Origin: Callorhinchus milii
Taxonomy: Eukaryota
Assembly: GCF_018977255.1 (NCBI RefSeq)
Contig: NW_024704742.1
Location: 110,176,001 to 110,240,000, forward strand
Reading direction: 5' to 3'
DNA length: 64,000 nucleotides
Part shown: positions 39,084-52,433 of the stretch, piece after piece
How positions within the stretch are numbered: the first letter of the stretch is position 1
How the letters are laid out: each line of letters starts with the position of its first letter
Translations under genes and position numbers: made by a program
The notes under the pieces: model-generated
Told to the model about the DNA's origin: nothing
What the model saw: only the letters and a program-made list of their open reading frames with translations
Database searches by the model: none

Positions 39084-42000
39084 AGCTTGTCCAGGGTGAA
39101 ATGGTGACCTGTGATGTGATAATTATCACCAGTGGCAATTATAACATTGTTCAACAAGGTTAATGGATCACTGAAGACATCAAATTGTCATGAACGTAAC
39201 CCCATCCTCTTCCCCTCCCACCCATCCCTGACTCTACAACCAATGGTTTGTCTGAAGCCAACCATGAAACTGTCTTGTTTTGTTGAGATAAGTTGGCATC
39301 CCACAAGAGTTGGTTGGGAGGGAATTGGGGGTGATGGCTAGTTGATGCCCTCAGTATTGAATAGCTGTGTTCAACAGCCATGTTCAGCAAATCATAGGCT
39401 GCAATATTTACTCCATAGACACAGCACTGAGTTTGGAAAATAGTGGCAAGTTTTTAAGGTTTCTTATCTGCAGAACCAAAAAACCATAAGCATGGGTGGA
39501 GACAAAATTCCACATTCAAAATGACAGCCAATCTCAAGTCTCATCTTTCCAGATCATTAAATATAAAATGTTCAAATTGAGCATGTGTCAAGCATCCTTT
39601 TATATATTCAAACTTGAAATGTGGAATTTTACTCATGCTCCTGCAATGAGAAGATTCTGTTCTCCACATCAGCACTTTTAAGACCTGTAAGCTTGTACAC
39701 AAAGAATCTTTGATTAAATTATAATGCTAAACTTCACAAACTGAGCTCAGGGAAAATAAATGCAACATGAAAATTCCTTCTGAACGAATGTGATTGTTGG
39801 AGAAATCTGAGCCGTGTTACATTTCAGAAATGGTTTAGCAATGCACACATTGTATTCGGGAGAAATCTACAAAATATTTTAAGACGCACATTGAACATAA
39901 TTTTTTTAAGCTATAAATCTCCAGAGAATCAGAAACTTCTCCAAGTCCGCAATCCTGACAAAGCCAGTTCTTTACCATATGTTATGAGGTACTTCACTTC
40001 ACTGCGTAAGAACTGTTAAACCTGATCTCAACTGTTCCAGAAAGATTTGAGTAGGAGATTTCCCTATGATTTCAGACCTTTGACTATTGGCATAGAAAGT
40101 AACCACTCTAACCTTGTTGTACTGGGTCACATTTGAAGACTATTTTTCCTCCCCTGAGTTATTATTATTAACAATGTTGATTAGATTTAATTGCCACTAA
40201 GAACATTTTTCATGAAAGCTGAGATATCCAATCTATTTCAGACTATCCTTAAGGGTTACATTAGCTTTCTGACAGAATACCTCATGTGAAACAAGATTGT
40301 CCCTCAGTTGCGTCCATTTATCCATTTGATTTTAGAATTGGAAACTTTCAGAGGAGGTGGGTTTTATGTTAGAAAACAAACGTGTCAATTGTAAGATAGC
40401 AGAAGAATTAACCAGTGACAGGGCAGACATCCTTAAGTCTACTTAGGTTCTATGGCCAGAGGTTTAACTCAACTGCTTAATTAACCCTCTGAGTAATGAA
40501 GGAGGATTTCAATAGCAAAGGACAAAACAGAACAGAAACAACAGCATTTGAGCTGGTTCAGAAAACAGCATGAATTACATGTTGTGTTATTAGGAAAGTA
40601 AGACAATGTGGAATGATAAAAGTCCATGTTATACCTTAGCTATCCATCTCAAACCAGGTAAAAGGGTATAGGTAGAAGCAAGGAGTTATACTGATGGCTG
40701 CACTTTACACTACCTCCTTGAATAAAGCAGAATGTATGTACCTACTTCTGAGTTTTATTTTTCTCTGCCAACACTCCTCTTCACTTCTTCTGAAGGCATC
40801 AACTGACTCCTTTTTCCTCTACAGAGTAGAGTTCCTCAGGTGTCCTCTGGGACATCACCCAAGTGGCCATTGTGCCTGTGTGAAACAGCGAGTATCATGA
40901 AACTGAGGGAACTCACATCCAAGCTCCAATCTGTTCTCACCCAATGGGATCCACTCAAATGCAACTTTCAGGAGAGGGCTCTGGTTAATGATCAGGACCA
41001 GGGAATCAAGGCCTAATTGTGGTGATCCCGAGCCGCAATCAGTCAACTCAGTACAGAGCAGGTTTTGAATCTACAACCTTGTTGTCTACATGCTTTGCAC
41101 AAGGTAGTGCCTTTTCTCATTGGGCCTTCAGGGTGAGCCTTCCCTGAGCACCATTCTGCAGTTTTACAGCGTGAAGCTGAGTGGTCTGTAGTCCCTCTTT
41201 GAGTTGCTTCACAATGCTTCTCAGAAACCAAATTGCTCTGCTAATTCCAATTTTATACTGCAGCATTTGCATCAGATCCACTTGAAATTTGTGCTGAATT
41301 AGTGCAAAATTTGTAGAATAAGTGATCTATTGATTGCAATGAAAGCTTATAAATTCCTCAACTCACAGGTTTGAGGCAAAACCATGTGGAAAATGCTAAA
41401 GATGCTGAGCTCACAAACCAATACACATGCATGTACAATACATAGCAAATATGCTGATCAGCACTTTGAGACACTACGTGGAACTATATTGCAATTCTAA
41501 AACATGATCAGATCCTCTCTAGATATTTTTAGGTGAGTCAGTTGTTTCTAAAATAAAGCAAATACCTAATTTCTCTCATTGTGGACAATTTTAATTGCAG
41601 ATTTGTACTTGGGATGACCTCAGGTTATTTGTGCAAGTATGAGTTGTCTAATTCTTATTCTGACACTCATTCTGCAATTTTCTCTAAATGTTTTGCTGGG
41701 CAAAAGATATTCATTGTACTAAAGTGTCTGCCCCATTTGATAATAAAACAAGTCTTCATGATACAGTCTGAGGGGTGTNGGGGGGAGAGATGATATCTTA
41801 TTCTGAAGACGACTGTCTACAAGAAAACATTTCTATACAAAGTTTCTATAGATGTAATAGCTTGTAGATTTTAAGGACAATTAAAGTCAGTTTTCATTAA
41901 CTTTGTGTTAATGTTAAGCTAATTGGAAACAGAATAATGGGTAAGGATTTGTTTAAAGTTCGCAGAATGAAAAAAGGCAAAATTTGGTCTATGTAGACGT

Positions 42001-42804
42001 GAAAAGGAATATGTGTCTCTTTAAAACTGCTTTAAATGCAAGCCTCCCCCAATCATATAATCAAAAGGTTGGATTAACAAACACATTCATTCCTGACAAT
42101 ATAAATTATTTGAAGGTAATTTTAAAAAGTGCAGCTGTACTTCACAACTCGTGAGCTTTTGACCTCTCTGTAGAGACCTGCGTCCCACTGGGAGAGCAGT
42201 TATGTATGCACCACTTATCGTACTTTTATTATTTCCTTGTCTCTTTACATTTTATATTTTACTTTTTGCAGTCTAAATTCCTGTTTGTTGTTTGTTTTAA
42301 ACATCTTTTAAAGCGTATATTCCCTGTGGGAGCAAATCAGCACTTCACAATGAATAATAGTGTAGAACATGTGTTATTTCATAAAATATTTCTGACTTAA
42401 ATGAAGCAAGGAAAGTTCTTTGAAGAAGTTAAATAATCAAGGAGTACAATTCATGATGAAAGTATAAATCTTTTGCTTTTCTGTTATTTTGGTCTACAAA
42501 ACATTTAAAGGAAACAGAGAGCTGATGGGCTAGCGGAGTGGCCTGTCACAGACCACAGCATCGGGTTACGGTGGGATATGTGTGTGCCATTCCCCATGTG
42601 GTGAGGCATATTCTTGACTGGACTCTCAGGGAGCAAGCAGAGAGCAAAGGTTGGCTGTTTCCCTGCAGGAGGAAAGGAAAATTTGCTGGGCAGCATTCCC
42701 CTAACAGGTCACAGAGAGAGTCATTGCAAAGAGCTGCTGCCTGAGGCATGGAACCACAGAGGGGAAGAGGGGAAAGAATAACAAAATGGGGAGGAGCAAA
42801 CATG

Positions 42805-43030
42805 CACAAGGTCACAAGAGAGGTTTGGATGAATCTATTTGACCTCATCCTTCCAAAATATCCCCCTTCTTCCCAGCACAAATCAGCTTCTTAAAAGAGT
42901 CCACTGACCAGGCCTCAATTCCTGTTCCAGATATTGGCGATCCTCTGGTTAAAAAAATACTTCCTGGAGTCTTGTCCTAAATTTGTTCTTCAAAACCTTG
43001 AACCTGTGTCCTCTTATCCTTCCGCCTTTG
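42805..43030 (-). mobile_element. Degraded CR1 3' fragment
   Basis: Reverse strand reads IRGHRFKVLKNKFRTRLQEVFF-like; cacaaggtcacaag tail. Confidence 0.65.
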
Positions 43031-44545
43031 GTGACAAAACAGAAACAAATAAAAATAGATGTTACATGAGGAACAGCAACTTAAGAGAGGAAAGCTAGGG
43101 CATCTGGTGCCTATGGAACCATACAACACCAAGAGCTATTATTTTCATACCACTCAATGGTACCACTCATACCATGCTTACAGGCATAAGCAGGATGGAG
43201 AAAACTGACCAAAAAATACTGTTTAAGTTAATTCAGGTGCATGGAGGTAACAACATGAGTTCCACTGCTCCATGCCTCCTGCTTGTACCTGTTATAGAAA
43301 TTTTAAAGGGAGTCAATTGCAGAGCCTTTTTGTTAGGACAAAAATAATGTTGCCACTGTTCCTATCAAGAAAATAAGGCCAGTCACTGCTGCACTGAGCT
43401 GTTCCAAGGATCAAGGAAATGGCTCCAAATACTGGATAAAAAGAGACAAGACTTTTTAGTCTTGCAGTGATGCAAGGAAACATTTAATAATAATATCCCA
43501 ATTTACTAAATTTATACAGAATTCTAGAGTTTCTTGAATTTGTTGAATTCAATGTTAACTTTGAAGTACTTTTCCTGTAGTTCTAAAAATCGGTTTAAAA
43601 ATTTAAACTATATTTAATAATTTGCCAAATTCTGGATACTCTAAAATGCTACATCAATAGAATAAAACTACACTCAGGTGCAAATTGTTCCCAATAACAT
43701 CTACATGGATCAGCCCAAGTACCTGTTCAAAGAAATTTGCATTGAATTCACACTGTGAATAAGGATCAAAGTTAATTTACAGCTTGAATAACAAGTCTTT
43801 GAGTAAAATCACAGAATGGTGTGCACACAGCAAAACGCAAAACAGTGATATGTCTGTTTGGTAGTGTGATTTGTTCTCAAATTATCAGTAAAAATGTGTA
43901 AACAAACACTATACATAATTTCTCCCAGCACATCTTACTCTGACTCCCATACGTTACGTTGAGGGCTCATTACAGCCTATTTTACATAATGCTTTCCTGT
44001 GCTCATGTCTAATCTCAGGCTGGAGCTGAAGTCAATGTTCTTAATTCTACATTTGAAAGCTAAACAATCTATCTCTGGGCTTCCCATGTTTAGGTGGGAT
44101 GTATGCAAATCTCAGCTTGGCTTGGATGTTCTTAAGCGTGGTGATGGGTTTCCGCATGTATCAGACACAAAAAAAAATCTCATGACACAGGTGAGAAAAT
44201 GTGAGGTAGGTGTGAGTAACATATTTCAGGTTCAATCTAATATTGTACTTTCATATTGCTGTTCCCGGCATTCCTGAATTCCTGAGAGACGAGAGAGGGT
44301 AGATCCACAGCTTTTACAAAAGGTCTTGCATCTCCGGAGATCGCTAATGATGTAAAGATGTTTGCAAATGGTCCAATCACCATTAGAGTTTTATTTGGTT
44401 CCGCCTGCTACTCAGATTACGGTAATTAAGGATTATACATGCACTTGAAATTTATTCTTGTAAATCTCCTAGTGTTACTGTAATGCAGATTTCTCTACTG
44501 CTACTCGTGGATTGAAGATCCTGCATAGTCGAAGAATGTGTGCAG

Positions 44546-44772
44546 GGTGACTTGCCTGACTCCATAACTTAGTAAGTAGGAACCTGGTTGTTACTTTCCA
44601 GGATAACAATACCTCCAAAAATAAATTTGGTCACTCACTCCACGGCTGTTTGTAGGACATTGCTATGTGTAATTGACTGCTGTGTTTGGTCCACAAAATA
44701 TCCAGTTAATTCACTTTACAATATATTCTGTGAAGCACTTTGAGATGTCTCAACAACACAAGGAATATTATT
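44546..44772 (+). mobile_element. tRNA SINE long subfamily, headless fragment
   Basis: agtaagtaggaacctggttgtta..tttggtcactcactccacggctgtttgtaggac..tgtgaagcactttgagatgtctc. Confidence 0.85.
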
Positions 44773-45519
44773 AGTGTATACCATTATTGAGTTAGATCTC
44801 CTTTGCGTGGAGACAATGGGAAAAGTTAAGTCTGCTCAAAATTAGGACGAAGAAGATCCTGAGCTAAATAGTGATATTAAACTAGTCATGTAAAAGTGGC
44901 ATTGCTTGAGTGAAGAGTGGAATTTCACCCCCACTATGTGAGAACAGGACCAATGCTATCGTTGTAAGTAGCCTGTCCACACCAGTGTCTATCGTATATT
45001 AATTGCTAAAAATAGCAATCTGTTCATTTATAGGATTTTGCATTATGACTAAAAGGTTGCCATTTTTCGCAAAAGGCACATGACAGACCTCACTGCGTGG
45101 GATCAAATATGGGAAATGGCCATATGAGTGCGTACTGAAGGACAGATAGCCCAATGGAATCAAACAACAGCAATGAACCATGACTTTTAGGATGGACTTG
45201 TCAGAGGGAGAAAATAAAAGACTAGAAGCATTAGATTACAATCTGTAGAAAATTCTGTCGCTCTTTTAATCATGGGCTGAGTAGTTGATGTATTATTGTG
45301 AAGAGGCACATTCTTGGACAAATGACTTGAGAATAGCTCAGTCCTTCCCTGAACATCAATTTCAAATTACATAGCCATTTGCACATCCACATCGGTGAAC
45401 CTATGAAGAAGCAACATCTCATTCATGCAACGTATACTGGACATCTATGAGTACCTTTATAGAAACATAATGTACAGAATTACAGTGAAAGGTCTGCAGC
45501 CTAAAGACAGCTAAAGAAC

Positions 45520-46020
45520 TACAACAACAAGATTCCATTTATAGAGCACCTTTCACATTGGGAGGACATCCCAAGGCGCTGTACAGTTGGGTCAGGACCC
45601 GAGCAGGGGGGAAATGTTCAGGGTGAGGGGAGGAAAGGGAGGGAGCGAGGAGGGGGTAGAGAGTTGAGAGGGGAGCTGAAGGCACAGTCAAAGAGAAAGG
45701 TCTTGAGACCGGCCTTGAAGGAGGAAAGGGAGGAGGCGGCGAAGGCACTGGGGGATAGAGTTCTAGAGCCTAGGGGCTGAGAGGCTGAAGGCCAGGCCAC
45801 CGATGGTAGGGCGGTTGGGGCGGGGGATGTGGAACAGACCGGAGCCAGAGGAACGGAGGGTACGGGCAGGTAGGTAGGGGGGAGGGAGCAAGGCCGTGAA
45901 TGGATCTTGAAATTGATCCTCTGGGGGATGGGGAGCCAATGGAGGCGAGTGAGGGTGGGAGTGATGTGGTCCCGAAGCCTGGTGCGGGACAGTACACGAG
46001 CTGCAGAGTTCTGAATGAAC
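45520..46020 (-). mobile_element. L2 3' fragment with internal deletions
   Basis: (caa)n tail, SFKAGLKTFLFDCAF; agccaatggagg (LHWL) and ctgcagagttctgaat (IQNSAA). Confidence 0.92.
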
Positions 46021-46829
46021 TAGGCTCCGGATAAACCTCCAGCGGATTACACTGTATCAGTGTTTCCCACCAGCAACTTGGAAAACATTTCCCAAAGAGA
46101 TGAAATGTGATCTGAAACAAACTTCACTTATTGACATCCAGTTGGAGATAAAATGACTTTTAATTGAACTCTGCAGCATAATAGCCAATGGAAACTAAAT
46201 ATAAATGTTTTCACCCAGTTTTAGTTTCCCTGTTTGTTCTTCAACCACAACACTGACTGAAGTATCCGCATTTCCTTAAATTAGGTTGTAATCTGGGCTA
46301 CATTCTGTCTGCTGTGATGTATCTGTGTGCAAACAGAGCCAGTGTTAGTCATTATGTACCTATTAGCGCTGATTACTTTCTGATAGCTCTCCACCAGTTG
46401 GTTTCAGTCAGCTTTGACAGTTGTGGTGCTTTGTTTAACCTTTAAACTACTTGGGGCAATAGCACCAGTGACAGACTTGTAGAAATAATCAGAAAAAGGT
46501 TCACTGAGGCATTTTACTACAACTGAAACATGAAGGCCTACCCTACATGTGAAGCCTGAATGCAAAATATGCAATTAGTTACTGCAGAAGAAATGTCAGA
46601 CATTTGGTTAAGTATTATCAATTATTACCTTATATGGCAATATTATTCGTTTGGAGAATATCAGATGTTTTGATGTGATGTGGTAAGCAAATAGTGTTAA
46701 GATCAACTACAATGTCAGAAAATGTCATTGAGGCACAATATGCTGAATGGCTTATTCCTGTTCCTATCTTCCTACTTGGCCTTTTTTGGTGAGCAGCTTT
46801 TCTTATTTCATGATGAAGTGTAAATTAAA

Positions 46830-47037
46830 AATAATAATAATCTTTTGGGGGAGGGTTATTACCCCCAGAATATGATCTCCCAATCGACTAACAATGGTGT
46901 TCCTACTCACTGCTAGCAAACAGAGGCGAATGAAATAACGAAAATTGCCTAACATTTCGCCCCCCCGCACCCAAAATCGAACTTGAATCCTCTCGCTTGT
47001 GAGGTAAATGAGCTAACCACTATGCTAGGCGACTCCA
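46830..47037 (-). mobile_element. tRNA SINE long subfamily, 5' half, degraded
   Basis: caatcgactaacaa..ttcctactcactgctagcaaacagag..ctctcgcttgtgagg..ctaaccactatgcta..gactcca. Confidence 0.8.
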
Positions 47038-47479
47038 TAGCAAAAAAATGTTGCCGCTCAAAAATTTTTAAGCTTGTTTGTCAAGTCTTTGTTGACCAGA
47101 TATTTTGACGACTTTGCTTTTAGTATAGCACGTAAGTACTGTACATTGAGTCAATGAAATCCAGATGATAGTCATACAGACAGATTTAAAAAATAAGGCT
47201 TTTTGACATACACCATCACTTATAAATGTTCCCATTTTGTTAAAGTACAATATAAATTTACATTTATATAGCATCTTTCACGTCAGGAGGACTTTTAAAC
47301 TATGAAACACTCAACAGTGTTTTGCAGTGCAGAGTATTACCACAACAACATATTCAAAGAACATGGAACCCATGGAGGCAGCTTGCATGGTGCACAAGAG
47401 CCCCAGTGTTGCTGTCTGTGAAAATGATTTCAAATACTGATTGCAGAAGACCTGCTGCTGCGATGAGAGGCTGAGCAAT

Positions 47480-48002
47480 ATAAACCCACTAGAGACAGTC
47501 CAAAAGAGAGCAACAAGGCTGATCCTCGGTGTTAGACGGATGAGCTATGAGGAACAACTAGATAAGCTCTTCAGCCTTGAAAAGAGATGTCTCAGAGGAG
47601 ACCTTATAGGGGAGTATACAATGCTGAATGCGATAGAGAAAGTAAACCCAGAACACTACTTTCAAATACACCAAGGCAGGAGGAAAATAAGTCACAGGTT
47701 CAGGGTTGTGAAGAGAAAGTTTATGACAAATTTATAAAACAAATTTACAGAACTTCCAGCACCTTGGGACGTCCTTCCGATGTGAAAAGTGCTATACAAA
47801 TGTAATTTGGTTTTATTGACAGATACCAGGAAATATGTCTTTATACAGGGGGAAATAAACAGCAGCAATTAGTTAGCAGGAAGGGAGGTTAAGGCCAGGA
47901 CTCATTTAAGAAATGGTTTGATGCTGTAATAGGAAGATGGCAGGATAGGTATTATGGAATGGGCCAAAGAGCTTTAAATGAACTTCGCTTGTGATCTTCT
48001 GA
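47480..48002 (+). mobile_element. CR1 3' fragment interrupted by an ~85-bp insert carrying an L2 tail
   Basis: LETVQKRATRLI..SYEEQL..FSLEKRCLRGDLI; resumes at ~47817 with gataccaggaaatatgtctttatacag. Confidence 0.85.
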
Positions 48003-48594
48003 CAAATTGGAAAGGAGGAAATCTGAGGGACTCTCATGGTGTCTGTATTCACACTCAATAAAAGGAAAGAAGGAGTTTAATCTTCAATTAAAACCCCCAA
48101 AATACAGAGTGAATTTAAAATTAAATAAAATTAACATAAAATGACGTGAAAGGAACGGCATCTGGCTCCCTTGTGCAGGATGTGCTCTAAATATCTTACA
48201 AAAGAAGTAAGGAATGAAAGATTAATTAGAGCAATGTAAAACTTTCAGCATGTTTTCTCTTTATTTTATCGCACTTGTATCAAATACTTCCCTTTAAAAC
48301 ATTTAAGCATCATTCACTTATTACTGAATTGCACTTTACATTTTATGAAGAATGTTTTCTTTGTATTATTATGTCATTATGCGTGAACATTTCTGAAAAT
48401 CACTGTGAAATGTAAATATTTCCCTGAATGATAAAATATATGGCCTCTGCTTCTGCAGCACAATTTATTTGGGTTAACATCTTTAATCACAGTGTGACCT
48501 AAACAAGTCTTCAAACTCCAGCACAAGAAGCAAGTAGTTTCTAGAGATATTTGTGATATGGTTTGGGTTCCTCCCTCCTGTAAATATTTTTAAA

Positions 48595-49249
48595 ATAATA
48601 ATAAGCCTTGCATTTGATATAGCACCTTATCATATTCACAAGACGTCTCAAAGCGCTTCACAGAATATACTGTAAAGTGAATTGATTGTATATATTTTGT
48701 GGGGGGAACACGGCAGCCAATTGCAACAGTTGTGGATTGAAGTGACCAATTTGGAGTCCTGTAGCTCAGTGGTTAGAGCACTCACCTCTCAAGCGAGAGA
48801 CCTGGGTTCTATTCCTGGCAGGGCGAAACCTTGGGTAACTTTCCTTACTCCACATGCCTAATAATATTCCTTCAAGAAAAAAAACAATAATAAATTGGTC
48901 ACTTAAATCCACGACTGTTTATGGGACACTGCTGTGCACAATTGGCTGCCGTGTTTTGCCCACAAATATACAATCAATTCACTTTACAATATATTCTGTG
49001 AAGCGCTTTGAGATGTCTAGAAGACATGAAAAGCGCTATATCAAATGCAAGTATTATTATTTTTTTGAAGGATTATTAGCCCTGAAAAATTAATCCACCA
49101 ATCGACTAACAACCGGGTTCCTACTTATTGCTAGGTAAACAGAGCCCCAACATAAGGAAATTTGCCCAACATTTCTCCCTGCTGGGAATTGAACCCAGCT
49201 CTCTTGCTTGTGAGGTGAGTGCTCTAACCATCGAGCTACAGGACTCCAC
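48595..49249 (-). mobile_element. tRNA SINE long subfamily, split by a nested SINE
   Basis: 3' half at 48595-48752 and 5' half at ~49061-49249 are colinear. Confidence 0.92.
48753..49060 (+). mobile_element. tRNA SINE short subfamily, nested
   Basis: ggagtcctgtagctcagtggttagagc..catgcctaataat..aaatgcaagtattattatt. Confidence 0.95.
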
Positions 49250-50811
49250 CTACTTTTTTGACTTGAATGTTACAATATAAGTGCAAGTTGTTGTGTTGAT
49301 CTTAAGAATAATCCAAACATTTAGCTGTTGTAAGGTTTCTTCAAATGAATAGCAGTTAAACAGAAAACAATGGAGGGGGAATAAATAGAAGCTACTGATA
49401 TCTTCAAAGACAACATGAGCTGTTGAAGTAAAGGTTGTGCAATTTGTAAGCATTGTGATCTAATTTGCTTTGAGTCGTAACAGGAGCCTTTAATAAAGAT
49501 TGACTCACAAATGAAATCTTCTAACAATAAGTACATTACACTGACTCACTGATCTAATGATAATACTTCTTGTATTTGATATAGCGCCTTATTATAATTG
49601 CAATGTCTCAAAGTGCTTTACAATAATTTTACAATTATTATCGCTGGACTTGATCCCACAATTGTCTGACCCATAGATTAACAACCAAGCCAGGCTGATA
49701 TTTCTATACTTTTGTATCAAAGTCTCCTAGGAGTGATATTCATAAGAATGACTTTAGTTATTTTTGGGTTCTTTCCCTTTACAATATCTGTCAAAGTTGT
49801 CAACAGAAACCAGAGCTCTAACGTGTGAAACCCATATTGAAAGAATCTTTAATGTGTATTCATCCAACTGCACTGTTCTTCTGGGGACCATAGATGAGTT
49901 TAATTGTTTTGCTGTTGGACAGAAAAAATGTCAAAGATTGACCTATTACACCTATATGACACAATTAGGTCAATTGGACACCTTTTTCCATTTTATTGAC
50001 TGGAAAAAAACAGACTTTGGAGATTTTCTCTCTAGACAATTGAAAGACAGATGTTTCAAAGTTACTTCCAGACCTCCCACCCCCCAAAAAAAGGATGGTC
50101 AGATCTGAGAGACAGAATAAGGGATGACAAATTAAACAATTGGAACAGTGAACAAAATCACTGCAGATTTAACTAACTGGTCAGAATTAAATATTGTTCC
50201 AGTTAAACCAACAAAACAATCTCTGTAGGATTCTGCAAGGGATTGGTTGATTTTGCTCAGGGAAACATAAAGTTTAGTTTCAGAAATGAGATATCGCAAC
50301 ATGTTTTGAATAGCAATTTGTTAAAGAAAGGAGTCATTCTCGGTTTAAAGGATAACATGTTGTGCTTCAGCAAATGATGTTGTGGTGCTTTTCGTGCCTC
50401 TGGACATTCTATTCTGTAAAAAAAAACTTAGCTGAGTCTTGGACCATTGCTCAATGACAGACTGTCAGATTATTTTCAGGCAAAATAACTCAAAAATATT
50501 GTGAGCAAGATGGATAAAACGGGGTATGTTTACACTTTCGAATTTCACTGTAAAAATGTCTTTCTAAATGTGTGAAATCACCTCCCTGATGTGTGACTGT
50601 GCATTGAACTTGTGTAGGACTTGTTTGAACTCACATAAGTTTTATGAACCTACCACAAATATAAGAGTATGTTTGGATTTGATTATCAACCAAGTTATTT
50701 TGTTCCATGAATCAAATTGAAAACATTCCAAATTAGATGAAAAGGAACAAAATTGAAAATGTGATTGTTAGTCTGGCATTTTAATAGCAGACATGCAATT
50801 TTTCCCTCTGC

Positions 50812-50911
50812 AACTACGTGCATTTGCATATTGTGCATTTATTAATCTATCTTAATTTGTGTACTTGCATAAATGTCACAAATAGTTAATGTACAGACAA
50901 TGCATGTAGTT
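50812..50911. repeat. ~100-bp degenerate palindrome
   Basis: aactacgtgcatt/aatgcatgtagtt, tgtgcatt/aatgtaca, atttgtg/cacaaat as nested complementary pairs. Confidence 0.65.
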
Positions 50912-51124
50912 TCCTCGGTCAGTGTTTTTTTCACAAGGCATTTGTGTCCCACAAACAGTCCTGGAGTAAATGATCAATTTTTTGGGTATGTTATTCTCTT
51001 CCACTGACTAAAAGTGAGGTCAATTGAACTCCTGATCACTGTCTGCTTAGCTCAGAAAGGTGTCTTAAGATTTGTTCAGATGTATCACCTGGCTGTTCAC
51101 ATGTCAGGAAGGAATCCTTTTTTC

Positions 51125-52433
51125 CATCACCCACTACCTCCTCCGTGCCCCCCCCCCCTCAGGCCTTCTCAATTTTCTTAACAAATGCCCATTGCGAGGA
51201 GGTCATGGACTTCTTTTCATCTAAAATACTTAACATCTGCTAGGCAGCCTCATCCACCTGTCCCTTGTCACTCACCACCTCGCCCTCTCTGTCCCCCTCA
51301 CCTTCCTCATCATCTGCTCCTACCATCACCCCCATTCTACATTCCTTCCTCCCTATCTCTCCCTCCTCCCTTTCACCCACCATCACCTCCATGAAACCCA
51401 CCACCTGCTACCTCGAATCCTCCACTGCCTTTCCTCCGTCATCCACCTCAGTGGGACCGCACTCGCCTGGTTCGAGTCCTACCTCACAAACCGCCAGCAG
51501 TACATCTGCACAAACGGCTTCTCCTCCCGCTCTCACCCAGTCACCTGCAGGATACCCCAAGGATCCATCCTTGGCCCCCTCCGCATTCTGACCCACATGC
51601 TCCCTCTTGGGGATGTCATCCGCAGACATGGGGTACATTTCCACATGTATGCAGATGGCACCCAACTCTATTTTTCCATCTCTCTTTGCGACCCCCAGTC
51701 CCGATGTTCTGTTAGCCTGCCTGTCAGATCTCAGGGGCTGGATGAGCGCAAACTTCCTTCAGCTGAACGTTGACCAGATGGAAGCCATACTCTTTGGCTC
51801 TCGTCAACGTCTAAAATCTCACGGCTCTCATCTCCTCCACCTACCCGACATCCCCCTGAAACCCTAGTCCATGCCTTTGTCACCTCTCGGCTGGACTACT
51901 CTAACACCCTCCTCGCCGGTCTCCCATCCACTACCATCCATAAAATCCAAATCATTCAAAACTCTGCCGCCTGCATTCTCACCCGCACGAAACTCCGCTC
52001 CCCGATCACCCCAGTCCTTGCCAGACTGCACTGGCTGCCTATCCCAGAGAGGATCGATTTCAAGATCCTCACCCTTGTACTCAAGTCCCTGCACTCCTCT
52101 GCACCCCCCTACCTCTCTGACCTCCTCTCTCCTCAAAACAGTACCCATTGCCTCCGTTCCTCCGGGTCTGGCCTCCTCCTTGTCCCCCGAGTCCTCCGCT
52201 CCACCCTCGGCGGCCGTGTCTTCAGCCACTATGCCCCGAGGCTCTGGAACTGCCTTCATCTCGCTCCCTCCCTTCCCATTTTCAGGTCTCTGCTGAAAAC
52301 CTTTCTTTTCGACAGCACTTTTGGTCACCTTCCTCCCCCTGGCTCGGTCCTGGGATCCGTGACTGTAAAGCGCTCTGAGACGCCGGCTGGCGTGGAGAGT
52401 GCTATATAAATCCAAGTTATTGTTGTTGCTGTT
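51125..52433 (+). mobile_element. L2 LINE fragment with large internal deletions
   Basis: MKPTTC.., ccccaaggatccatccttggcccc (PQGSILGP), HMYADGTQL, CLSDLRGWMSANFLQLN, LHWLPI..IDFKIL, (TTG)n tail. Confidence 0.95.

Noticed and set aside
41779..41779. Single N base
   Set aside because: Assembly ambiguity, not biology.
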